Of a stretch of 64,000 bases of DNA, positions 19,347 to 27,917 are shown in pieces (within the stretch, counting starts at the first letter, position 1; the number at the start of each line of letters is the position of its first letter). Below the pieces are notes generated by a model, which was given only the letters and a program-made list of their open reading frames with translations, ran no database searches and was not told the DNA's origin. The position numbers and the translations under genes are program-made. Source of the DNA: Verrucomicrobiota bacterium (GTDB lineage: Bacteria; Verrucomicrobiota; Verrucomicrobiia; Opitutales; Seribacteraceae); assembly GCA_027622665.1 (NCBI GenBank), contig JAQBYT010000010.1:1-64000 (forward strand), given 5' to 3'.

Positions 19347-20138
19347 GTGGGCAAGTTATCAATCGTTTCCTTGATTGTCCTCTTGGGTGTTGTGACCGTT
19401 TGGTCTCAGCAACGAAAGGAAAACAACCAACCGTGGCCCGACCTTTCCGATGCCAAGAAGTTGGCGGAAATATTGAAATTGGCAATGCCGGTGGAAAGAA
19501 TCCCCGTATCGACGAAAGACGGAGAACGATTGCTCCAGTTGCCCGACCGACGGACTCTTTATGAAGGATGGTCAAAGAAGATGCACGCCAACGGGAAGAT
19601 CGATGATTTGATCCACTACAAGGATGGCAAACAAAACGGTCCGTGGATCCGATGGTACGAGAACGGCCAAAGGCAGTACGACTTCATGATGAAGGATGGT
19701 AAAATGATTACCGGTACCGGTTGGAAACCAACGGGAGAAGCCAGTCCGACCAAAATCGTCAACGGCAACGGTCTTTGCGTTGGCTACCACGCCAACGGTC
19801 GCAAACGGTTCGAAGGCCGTAGAGTAAATGGTGACCTCGAAGGGATCGTAAGCTTTTGGTATGCAAATGGGGCTAAGTATTGGCAACGAAACTTCAAGCG
19901 CGGCAAGGCCAACGGCCCGGCGAAGGAGTGGGTTTCCTCAACCAATCCATCCATTATCACAGGTAGAGGCGAAATCATCCCCGCCAATCCAACGAAACTT
20001 CGAAAGCACAACGGCATTTATGCAAATGGCTTGCGTAATGGAGAATGGATAGAATGGGACGAAAACGGACTGCCTTCGATTCGCAGAACCTACAAGGCAG
20101 GAGTGATCGTAAACACCACCACGGGTTACGCCGACTAG
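19347..20138 (+). CDS. Exported MORN-variant (YwqK-like) repeat protein
   Basis: Repeats YKDGKQNGPWIRWYENGQ, GYHANG, FWYANG. In-frame GTG at 19347 gives a signal peptide and removes the overlap with the upstream gene. Confidence 0.78.
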   Translation: MGKLSIVSLIVLLGVVTVWSQQRKENNQPWPDLSDAKKLAEILKLAMPVERIPVSTKDGERLLQLPDRRTLYEGWSKKMHANGKIDDLIHYKDGKQNGPWIRWYENGQRQYDFMMKDGKMITGTGWKPTGEASPTKIVNGNGLCVGYHANGRKRFEGRRVNGDLEGIVSFWYANGAKYWQRNFKRGKANGPAKEWVSSTNPSIITGRGEIIPANPTKLRKHNGIYANGLRNGEWIEWDENGLPSIRRTYKAGVIVNTTTGYAD

Positions 20139-20161
20139 GCTAAACGGCTAAACGAAGCTAC

Positions 20162-21130
20162 CTAATCCTCATCCTCTCGGGTGAAACGAACATGACGGAT
20201 GTCGCGCTCACGACCTGTGCGTTCGGCTAGAAGATCGTACAACTCCGGACGTCGACTCCGAATCCAACGAACGCCCGTACACATCTTGCGAACCTCCGGG
20301 TCTAGGTCGGCCACGACCATATCGTCCCCTGCCTTCCAAGTTTCGGCAAGGACGTCTCCGTAAGGATCAAGGATCATTGCATTGCCCGTACGCACCTCGT
20401 CGTCGTCACGCCCTACCCCGTTGCTGAATATAAGGAAAATTCCGTTGTCGTGGGCCCGGGCGGGTAGCCACTTCATCAACCACTCGCGACCTTTGGGTCC
20501 CTTGAACTCGGCCTCGATAGCGGCGGGATCCTCGGCTCGGCGTTCCCAAAGGTCTAGGTCGATAGCGCCCATGCAACGTGGGCTCGGAGTATCGCAACCA
20601 CCGGTCTGATGCGGAGCCAGCAACACTTCCGCTCCCTGCAAGGCAGTGGCCCTAACGTTTTCACTTAGGTTGCAATCGTAGCAGATGAGGATGCCTGCCT
20701 TTGTCCCGTCGGGCAAGTCAAACACCGTGTACTCGGAACCTGACTTCATGTGCTCACTGATGAAAGTGTGCAGCTTGCGGTGACGGACAGTTCGGCCATC
20801 GGGCATGGCCACGACGTAAGTATTGTACAAATACCCATCCTTCCCAGTCTCGATCAAGCCCGCCCCAATCGTCATACCGTATTCGGAGGCAAGGGAAAGC
20901 AAGGCTTCAGTGGATGGACCCGAGGGGACAGGTTCCGCAAGGGCATCGATCTCCTCACGGAGCAAGTTCCTGACATGCCAATAACCGGTGAGGCACATCT
21001 CGGGAAAAACCAATAGGTCGACCTTTTCCGCGGAGGCCTTGGCCGCGAAGGACCGGATGGTCGCGAGATTCGCCTCCTTGTCTCCCGGCACATGCTGAAA
21101 CTGAACGGATGCAGCTCGTAAATTGTTCAT
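20162..21130 (-). CDS. Carbon-nitrogen hydrolase (nitrilase/amidase family)
   Basis: Glu-Lys-Cys triad motifs FPEMCLTGY, HRKLH, ILICYD. Confidence 0.92.
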   Translation of the reverse strand: MNNLRAASVQFQHVPGDKEANLATIRSFAAKASAEKVDLLVFPEMCLTGYWHVRNLLREEIDALAEPVPSGPSTEALLSLASEYGMTIGAGLIETGKDGYLYNTYVVAMPDGRTVRHRKLHTFISEHMKSGSEYTVFDLPDGTKAGILICYDCNLSENVRATALQGAEVLLAPHQTGGCDTPSPRCMGAIDLDLWERRAEDPAAIEAEFKGPKGREWLMKWLPARAHDNGIFLIFSNGVGRDDDEVRTGNAMILDPYGDVLAETWKAGDDMVVADLDPEVRKMCTGVRWIRSRRPELYDLLAERTGRERDIRHVRFTREDED

Positions 21131-21264
21131 GAGGCTAGCTGAAACACGATGAGGAATTCCAGCAATGCTAAAGAAACTTCAAATTAAAATCTGCGGGTAA
21201 AGTGAATTTTCGACTAGGAAAAATAGGCGATCCGGATTATTTTAAATATCTAAATTCATTAATT

Positions 21265-22635
21265 ATGCTAAACGTACTAGGTCTTTTGAATAATGGTCGC
21301 TCGCATTGCGACGGAGTTTCTCGTCGTGATTTCCTAAAAGTGGGAGGAATGGCAGCAGGTGGGTTGTCACTCGGGCAGTTGCTGAATCTGGAAGCCAAGC
21401 AAGGTCTGGGAAGTTCTCAAAAAGCAGTAATCAACGTATTTCTTCCAGGTGGTCCGTCGCACTTGGATATGTTTGACCTAAAGCCCGACTCACCAAGTGA
21501 AATACGAGGTGAGTTCAATCCGATTTCCACAAACGTGCCCGGCATGCAGATCTGCGAACTGTTTCCGAGATTAGCCAAATTGGGGGATAAGTTTTCAATT
21601 ATTCGTTCCATTTGCGACTCCGAGGGCGCTCACAGTTCCTACCAATGCATGACGGGGCACACCAACCGCGATGCAAACCTTGCGCCTCCCGGCGGATGGC
21701 CGAACTGGGGTTCTTGGATTTCCAAAATACAAGGCGACCACTCGGGGGTACCTGCAAACGTTTCTCTCGTCTACCCGACGGGAGCCGGTTGGAGTAAAAC
21801 GGGAGATGGAGGATTTATCGGCACCGCTCATGCCCCTATGCAATTGGTAGACAAAGATCCCAACAAGAAGGTGTCCAACATGACCTTGGAGGGAGTGAGC
21901 CTAGATCGATTGTCCCACAGAGAAGGGCTCCGATCCTCGCTCGACAACTTTCGCCGCGATGCTGACTCTCAAGGTCAAATGGAGGGGTTGGACTCCTATA
22001 ACAAACAAGCTTTGGGAATTCTGTCCGACGCGGGACTTGCTGATGCCCTTGATCTCTCCAAGGAAGATCCCAAGGTGGTGGAACGCTATGGCGTCAACGA
22101 TCCCACCTACCAGCGTGACGGCGCACCCAAGATGATCCGCAACTTCTGCGTTGCCCGCAGATTAGTCGAAGCAGGTGCCCGAGTTGTCTCGATGAACTAT
22201 GCTCGCTGGGACTGGCACGGAGGAGACGGCATGAATTACCCACGTTCCCGCGAAGAGTTCCCGTTACTGGATCAAGGTCTGTCCGCCCTTATAACCGATT
22301 TACACGAGCGAGGAATGGACAAAGACGTTTCGGTCGTGGTGTGGGGCGAGTTCGGTCGCACGCCAAAATTAAATAAGAACAACAGTCGCGACCATTGGTC
22401 TCAGACATCCTTCGCATTGCTTGCAGGAGGTGGCATGCGCCACGGCCAAGTAATCGGCAGCACCGACAAGCAAGGCGGGGAAATAGTCGATCGACCAGTG
22501 AAATTCCAGGAGGTATTTTCCACTCTCTACCACTGTCTCGGAGTGGATCCGCGTGCCAATACTGTCACTGACGTTTCCGGACGCCCCCACTACTTGGTCG
22601 ACTCGGACATTCAGCCCCTGCGGGAGCTGATCTAG
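21265..22635 (+). CDS. DUF1501 domain protein, Tat-exported
   Basis: SRRDFLKVG; GGPSHLDMFDLKP; ARRLVEAGA; WDWH; GEFGRTP; RDHW. Confidence 0.92.
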   Translation: MLNVLGLLNNGRSHCDGVSRRDFLKVGGMAAGGLSLGQLLNLEAKQGLGSSQKAVINVFLPGGPSHLDMFDLKPDSPSEIRGEFNPISTNVPGMQICELFPRLAKLGDKFSIIRSICDSEGAHSSYQCMTGHTNRDANLAPPGGWPNWGSWISKIQGDHSGVPANVSLVYPTGAGWSKTGDGGFIGTAHAPMQLVDKDPNKKVSNMTLEGVSLDRLSHREGLRSSLDNFRRDADSQGQMEGLDSYNKQALGILSDAGLADALDLSKEDPKVVERYGVNDPTYQRDGAPKMIRNFCVARRLVEAGARVVSMNYARWDWHGGDGMNYPRSREEFPLLDQGLSALITDLHERGMDKDVSVVVWGEFGRTPKLNKNNSRDHWSQTSFALLAGGGMRHGQVIGSTDKQGGEIVDRPVKFQEVFSTLYHCLGVDPRANTVTDVSGRPHYLVDSDIQPLRELI

Positions 22636-22643
22636 ATTCGAAA

Positions 22644-22670
22644 AAGAGCCTTGCCTCTAGGCAACCTCTT
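22644..22670. terminator. Possible hairpin after the DUF1501 gene
   Basis: TTGCCT-CT-AGGCAA flanked by AAGAG and CTCTT; weak U-tract. Confidence 0.3.
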
Positions 22671-22727
22671 GTTAAAGGAGAGGAAAAGTTTGCCCAGGGG
22701 CATATTTTTCCTAACTTGGACTCCCTT

Positions 22728-25280
22728 ATGAAACCATCCTTCCGTCGGCTATTATTCATTTTCATCTCGGTCTGTGCGACCATATGCTCAGTCCAAGCTC
22801 AGTTCGAGACAACGGCGACGCCAGTCGATAAACTGAGTGTCCCAAAAGGATTCCAAGTGGAATTGCTATACACCGTGCCGAAAGCCGAACAGGGTTCTTG
22901 GGTCAACCTCTGCGTGGACGGCAAGGGACGCATAATCGCAAGCGACCAGTTCGGCGGCCTTTATCGCTTCCCCGCTCCATCTGCGGGTCAACCCCTGCAA
23001 GCCAAGGACATCGAGAAGGTGCCGGCCAAAATACGCGCCGCCAACGGTTTGCTTTGGGCCTTCGGGGCACTCTACGTTGGAATCAACGACTACGAGCGAA
23101 AAATGGAAAGCGGCTTGTACCGCGTGACCGACTCGAACGGCGACGACCAATTGGACAAAGTAGAAAAACTGCACGGCATGACTGCCCGCGGAGACCACGG
23201 TGTCCATGCGGTACTGCTAGCCCCGGACGGCAAATCGATTTACCTGATTACCGGCAACAACACCACGCCGGTCGAGACCGACGCCTCTCGAGTACCATTG
23301 CACTGGGGTGAGGATCACCTACTGCCACGCATGCCCGACGGCAGAGGTCATAATCGAGGTCGTTTGGCTCCCGGAGGCATCATATACAAGATTTCTCCCG
23401 ACGGAAAAGACTGGGAAATCGTCTCCTCCGGCTATCGCAATATCTTTGACGGCGCCTTCAACAAGGCAGGTGACTTGTTTACCTACGACGCGGACATGGA
23501 ATACGACTTCAACACCTCATGGTATCGTCCCACTCGCGTGTGCCACGTCACAAGCGGATCGATGTGGGGCTGGCGGAACGGCACGGGCAAACGACCCGAG
23601 TTTTATCCAGACACCCTGCCCCCTGTTATTAATATTGGGCCAGGCTCGCCCACCGGCGTAACCTTCGGCTATGATGCGAAGTTTCCCGCCAAATACCAAA
23701 AAGCCATGTACCTACTGGACTGGAGTTGGGGCAAAATACACGCCGTCCACTTGAAGCCGGAAGGCTCCTCCTACGTCGCGACCAAGGAAACCTTTATCAC
23801 CGGCAGTCCATTGCCTGTGTCCGACGCCATCATTCACCCCGAGGACGGTGCCATGTACTTCGCCATCGGAGGAAGAAAGGTACAGTCCGGCCTTTATCGA
23901 GTCACCTACGCAGGCAAGGAATCCACGGCACCGGCCAAGCACCAGACGGAGGTCAATGAACTCGCCCAGTTGCGGCGCAAACTCGAGGCCTTCCACATCA
24001 GTGCCGACCCCAAGGCTATTCAGACCGCTTGGCCGCACCTCGACCACAGTGACCGTTTCATCCGTTGGGCCGCCCTCACCGCAGTGCAGCTCCAACCCGT
24101 CAAAAAGTGGGCAAACCGCGCCTTGAAAGAAAAGAACCATGGCAAGCGGGTCGCCCTGCTTCTCGGATTGGCCAAGGTGACGGGTATCGACCCCGCCAAC
24201 CGACAACCAACCGATTCTCCGATGGATCAGGCCATGGCCAAGAAAATCTTTCAATCCCTCGACCAAGTGGACTGGGACCAATTGAACGAGGACCAACGCC
24301 TCACCTTGGTTCGCGCCTACCAGGTCGCCCTCGTGCGATTTGGCAAACCCGACGACCGAACAGCTCAAGGAATCGTCAAGCAACTGGATCCTCATTTCCC
24401 CGCTCCCACCTTCGATCAAAATTGGCTGCTCTGCGAGACCTTGGCTTTTCTCCAGGCTCCCTCCACGGCGACCAAGGGAATGAAACTGCTTCTGGATGCT
24501 CCCACCCAAGAGGAGCAAATCGAGTACGCTCGCTCCCTCCGCATGCTAAAAGCCGGCTGGAACAAGAAATTGCGGACAGCTTTTTTCAACTGGTTCCTAA
24601 AGGCCGCCAACTACCGGGGAGGAGCAAGTTTCAGCAAGTTCATCGAGTTTATTCGCAACGACGCCGTGGCCAGTCTGAGCAAGGCGGAACAAACAGAACT
24701 GAAGGCTCTTCTGGCCAAGAAACCCGAGAGCAAGACACCGTTCGAAATCATGGCCGAGTCGATGATCGGAAGGAAATACGTCAAGCTATGGAAACTGGAA
24801 GAGCTAAGCGAAGCCACCGCCGAACTGAAAGGCAGGAACTTCAAGCAAGGTCGCAAAATGTTTGCAGCCGGCGGTTGCTTCGCCTGCCACCGCTTCGGCA
24901 ACGAAGGAGGCATGACGGGTCCCGACCTGACCGGTGCCGGCGGACGTTACTCGACCCACGATCTGTTGGAACAGATCATCAACCCCAGCAAGGAGATCAA
25001 CGAACAATTCGTACCCACCATCGTAAAAATGAAAAACGGGGACGTCATGACTGGCGTAGTGGTTAATTTAAGCGGTGACCGCGTAACCTTGAACACCGAC
25101 ATGTTCGACCCCAATCAGCAAGTCAACGTCAACCGTCCAGACATCGCCAGCATTGGGCCATCCACCGTTTCGCCCATGCCCCCGGGCCTGTTGAACATGA
25201 TGCAAAAGGAGGAGATAAAGGACCTTGTCGCCTATATCCTCAGTGGTGGGAATCCCAAGCACGAGTCATTTCTCAAGTAA
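22728..25280 (+). CDS. PVC-type heme-binding protein: sugar-dehydrogenase-like propeller, HEAT repeats, cytochrome c
   Basis: VPKGFQVEL, GDHGVHA, SGYRNIFD, TYDADME, GPGSPTG; C-terminal CFACH, GPDLT, SPMPPGLL. Confidence 0.9.
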   Translation: MKPSFRRLLFIFISVCATICSVQAQFETTATPVDKLSVPKGFQVELLYTVPKAEQGSWVNLCVDGKGRIIASDQFGGLYRFPAPSAGQPLQAKDIEKVPAKIRAANGLLWAFGALYVGINDYERKMESGLYRVTDSNGDDQLDKVEKLHGMTARGDHGVHAVLLAPDGKSIYLITGNNTTPVETDASRVPLHWGEDHLLPRMPDGRGHNRGRLAPGGIIYKISPDGKDWEIVSSGYRNIFDGAFNKAGDLFTYDADMEYDFNTSWYRPTRVCHVTSGSMWGWRNGTGKRPEFYPDTLPPVINIGPGSPTGVTFGYDAKFPAKYQKAMYLLDWSWGKIHAVHLKPEGSSYVATKETFITGSPLPVSDAIIHPEDGAMYFAIGGRKVQSGLYRVTYAGKESTAPAKHQTEVNELAQLRRKLEAFHISADPKAIQTAWPHLDHSDRFIRWAALTAVQLQPVKKWANRALKEKNHGKRVALLLGLAKVTGIDPANRQPTDSPMDQAMAKKIFQSLDQVDWDQLNEDQRLTLVRAYQVALVRFGKPDDRTAQGIVKQLDPHFPAPTFDQNWLLCETLAFLQAPSTATKGMKLLLDAPTQEEQIEYARSLRMLKAGWNKKLRTAFFNWFLKAANYRGGASFSKFIEFIRNDAVASLSKAEQTELKALLAKKPESKTPFEIMAESMIGRKYVKLWKLEELSEATAELKGRNFKQGRKMFAAGGCFACHRFGNEGGMTGPDLTGAGGRYSTHDLLEQIINPSKEINEQFVPTIVKMKNGDVMTGVVVNLSGDRVTLNTDMFDPNQQVNVNRPDIASIGPSTVSPMPPGLLNMMQKEEIKDLVAYILSGGNPKHESFLK

Positions 25281-25307
25281 GTTCCTTTCTTGAAAGGCGC
25301 AAACCCC

Positions 25308-27917
25308 ATGAAAACAATCCTGCTCCTTCTTCTTTCCCTCTTTGCCGTTCTCTTCACGGAGGCGAAGGACGACCTCACCGTAAAGCCCATTCCAGATGAC
25401 GAGCGTGAACGCCTCGACCTCGACGCATTCTACCAAAAACGCGTGGTGGTGGGAGGTTTCTCTATCGTCGGATCGAAGAATGTCTCCGACTACGCATTGA
25501 GGGAGGCAGGCTATCTCATTCGCCAAATGATGGGTAGTCGGGACGACCTCCTGGCCAAAATGAACGCCAACAAAACTCGCCTAACCATCATGGCGAGTGA
25601 CGAGTACACCACCGACGTACCCGAGCACTCCCATCTCTACCCCGACCTCTATTGGGACAAGCGAGCCCGAGGACTGGGAGCCGATTCGGATAGCGATCGG
25701 CCCTGCGTTAGTTGTGGCGAGGAAAACCTCATCGAGATTCCAAGCGATCCATACGCAACCGAGAATATTCTCATCCATGAGTTCGCCCACGCCATCCATA
25801 TAATGGGATTGAACGACCTCGACTCCACTTTTCAGAACCGACTCGATGAAGTTTTCGCCAAAGCCATCAAGAAAGGCCTCTGGAAAGGCACCTACGCCGC
25901 TTCCAACGTAATGGAATACTGGGCCGAGGGCGTGCAGTCTTGGTATGGATCAAACCGACAGAACGACTTCGATCACAACCATGTAAACACTCGCAAGGAA
26001 CTACAGGCATACGATCCCGCCCTTGCCAAACTGATAGAGGAAGTGTTTGGGGAACGGGAGTGGGTTTACCGCAAACCTTCCGAGCGCAAACCCGCGTCCG
26101 CCCACATGAAAGGCTTCGAGTTGAGCAAGGAACCTGAATTCAAGTGGCCCCAGCGCCTACTCGACTGGCAAAAACTGTACGAACGAGGCCTCGTCAGCCT
26201 CGCCCCGGAAAACGCACCGGAAGTCGAACCTCTGCCAATCGAATCGAAGAAGGCCGAGCGGTCCGGTTTCTCAAATAGGAGAACGGAATTCTTTGTTCAT
26301 AATTACTCGGTTCATGCCTTACGACTCGAGTGGGTGAATTTCGAAGGCAAGCTATCTCAAACCAGCTACCTTCGCCCCGGTGATCAACGCCACTTCAACA
26401 GTTTCGCGACACATGTCTGGCAACTTAGCGAAGCGGAAACCCGCAAGCCCATCGCTCGATATGTTCTGCCCAAGGCAAAGGCCTCCCAGTTAAACGTCGG
26501 CAATGCTCATGTTCTGTCCGCATTAGCCTCCAAGCCCAAGGCAAAGCCAAACGTGCTCTTCGTTGCGGTGGACGACCTAAACGCCGACCTCGGTTGTTAT
26601 GGTCACCCTCTCGTCCACTCCCCCAACGTCGACCGCTTGGCAAAGAGTGGTCTGCGTTTTGACCGGGCCTATTGCCAATATCCCGTTTGCAACCCCAGCC
26701 GCTCTTCATTTTTAACAGGGTTGTACCCCGAGCAAACCGGGGTGCTCTCCAACGCAGGCAACTTTCGAAATAGGCATCCCGAGTTGGTCACCCTGCCACA
26801 ACTTTTCAAAAACAACGGCTACCATGTTTCCCGCATAGGCAAACTCTACCATTACGGAGTACCCCTCCAAATTGGAACACCCGGCGAGGATGACCCCGCA
26901 TCTTGGCACGAAACCGTCAACCCAATCGGCATAGACAGAACCCAGTTGGAACCGATCAAAACCCTCGTCAAGGGAAAGTACGGCGGTACCATTTCCTGGC
27001 GAATCGTCGACTCCAAGGACGAGGATCACACCGACGGCCAAGCCGCTCTTGCAGCAATCAAACTACTGGAGAAGAACCACCCGAAAAAAACAGGTAAACC
27101 ATTCTTCCTAGCCCTTGGTTTCTATCGACCCCACACCCCATACGTGGCACCCACTCATCACGCTAAGCACTATCCACTGAACAAGATAAAACCGGTTCTG
27201 GAAAAAGAGGGTGATCGCGACGACATCCCGCGGGTCGCCCTCCCCGATCGCCCCCACCAGCGTGAACTGACGATGGCCACGCGGAGGGAAATCATCCAGG
27301 CCTACTACGCATCCACAACCCTAATGGACGCCTGTTTGGGACGCGTCCTCGATGCCCTCGAGAGGTTGAAGCTAGACGACAACACCATCGTAGTGTTCCT
27401 CTCCGATCACGGTTATCACCTTGGGCACCACGGGCTTTGGCAAAAAAGCGATCTCTTCGAAGCCAGCGACCGCGTGCCTCTGATCATCTCGGTCCCCGGC
27501 ATGACAACTGCGGGTCGCGACACCTCTGCCATGACCGAGTTGGTCGACCTCTACCCCACTCTTGCCGACCTCTGCGGTCTACCCGCACCAGACCACCTTA
27601 TGGGAGACAGCCTGCTCCCCATTCTACAGCGCCCCCAGCGCCGCGGCAAGGAAGCGGCCTACACGGTGAGTCGCATACGGCCCAAAGGCTTTAGGACGAA
27701 AGCCCAACCCAATCCCCTCGGACGAACCGTGCGAACTGAACGCTACCGCTACACCGAGTGGTTGGGCGGCAAGCACGGGATCGAGCTTTACGACTACCAA
27801 GAGGACCCCATGGAATATGATAACTTAGCCGAGCACACGGAACACCAAGAAACCCGCAATGACCTCGCCGTCCTCCTTGCCAAGATGCAAGCAAAAGCGA
27901 TCGGTGAAAAGAAATGA
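25308..27917 (+). CDS. Exported fusion: HExxH zinc-peptidase-like domain, VHL beta-domain, formylglycine-dependent sulfatase
   Basis: Signal peptide; IHEFAHAIH (25776) with EYWAEG; WVNFEG...LRPG...SFATHVW (from 26331); PNVLFVAVDDL, CNPSRSSFLTG (26688), GKLYH, RPHTPY, SDHG. Confidence 0.85.
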   Translation: MKTILLLLLSLFAVLFTEAKDDLTVKPIPDDERERLDLDAFYQKRVVVGGFSIVGSKNVSDYALREAGYLIRQMMGSRDDLLAKMNANKTRLTIMASDEYTTDVPEHSHLYPDLYWDKRARGLGADSDSDRPCVSCGEENLIEIPSDPYATENILIHEFAHAIHIMGLNDLDSTFQNRLDEVFAKAIKKGLWKGTYAASNVMEYWAEGVQSWYGSNRQNDFDHNHVNTRKELQAYDPALAKLIEEVFGEREWVYRKPSERKPASAHMKGFELSKEPEFKWPQRLLDWQKLYERGLVSLAPENAPEVEPLPIESKKAERSGFSNRRTEFFVHNYSVHALRLEWVNFEGKLSQTSYLRPGDQRHFNSFATHVWQLSEAETRKPIARYVLPKAKASQLNVGNAHVLSALASKPKAKPNVLFVAVDDLNADLGCYGHPLVHSPNVDRLAKSGLRFDRAYCQYPVCNPSRSSFLTGLYPEQTGVLSNAGNFRNRHPELVTLPQLFKNNGYHVSRIGKLYHYGVPLQIGTPGEDDPASWHETVNPIGIDRTQLEPIKTLVKGKYGGTISWRIVDSKDEDHTDGQAALAAIKLLEKNHPKKTGKPFFLALGFYRPHTPYVAPTHHAKHYPLNKIKPVLEKEGDRDDIPRVALPDRPHQRELTMATRREIIQAYYASTTLMDACLGRVLDALERLKLDDNTIVVFLSDHGYHLGHHGLWQKSDLFEASDRVPLIISVPGMTTAGRDTSAMTELVDLYPTLADLCGLPAPDHLMGDSLLPILQRPQRRGKEAAYTVSRIRPKGFRTKAQPNPLGRTVRTERYRYTEWLGGKHGIELYDYQEDPMEYDNLAEHTEHQETRNDLAVLLAKMQAKAIGEKK

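Noticed and set aside
19164..20138. Toxin-antitoxin pair based on the YwqK-like label, and the long 19164 start
   Set aside because: It is a MORN-like repeat protein with a signal peptide and no adjacent toxin; the long start overlaps the AhpD-like gene.
24065..25066. 333-aa alternative-frame ORF (also antisense 23712-24518, 5755-6420, 54402-55064)
   Set aside because: Wholly inside well-supported genes, with skewed composition and no motifs; shadow ORFs from codon bias.
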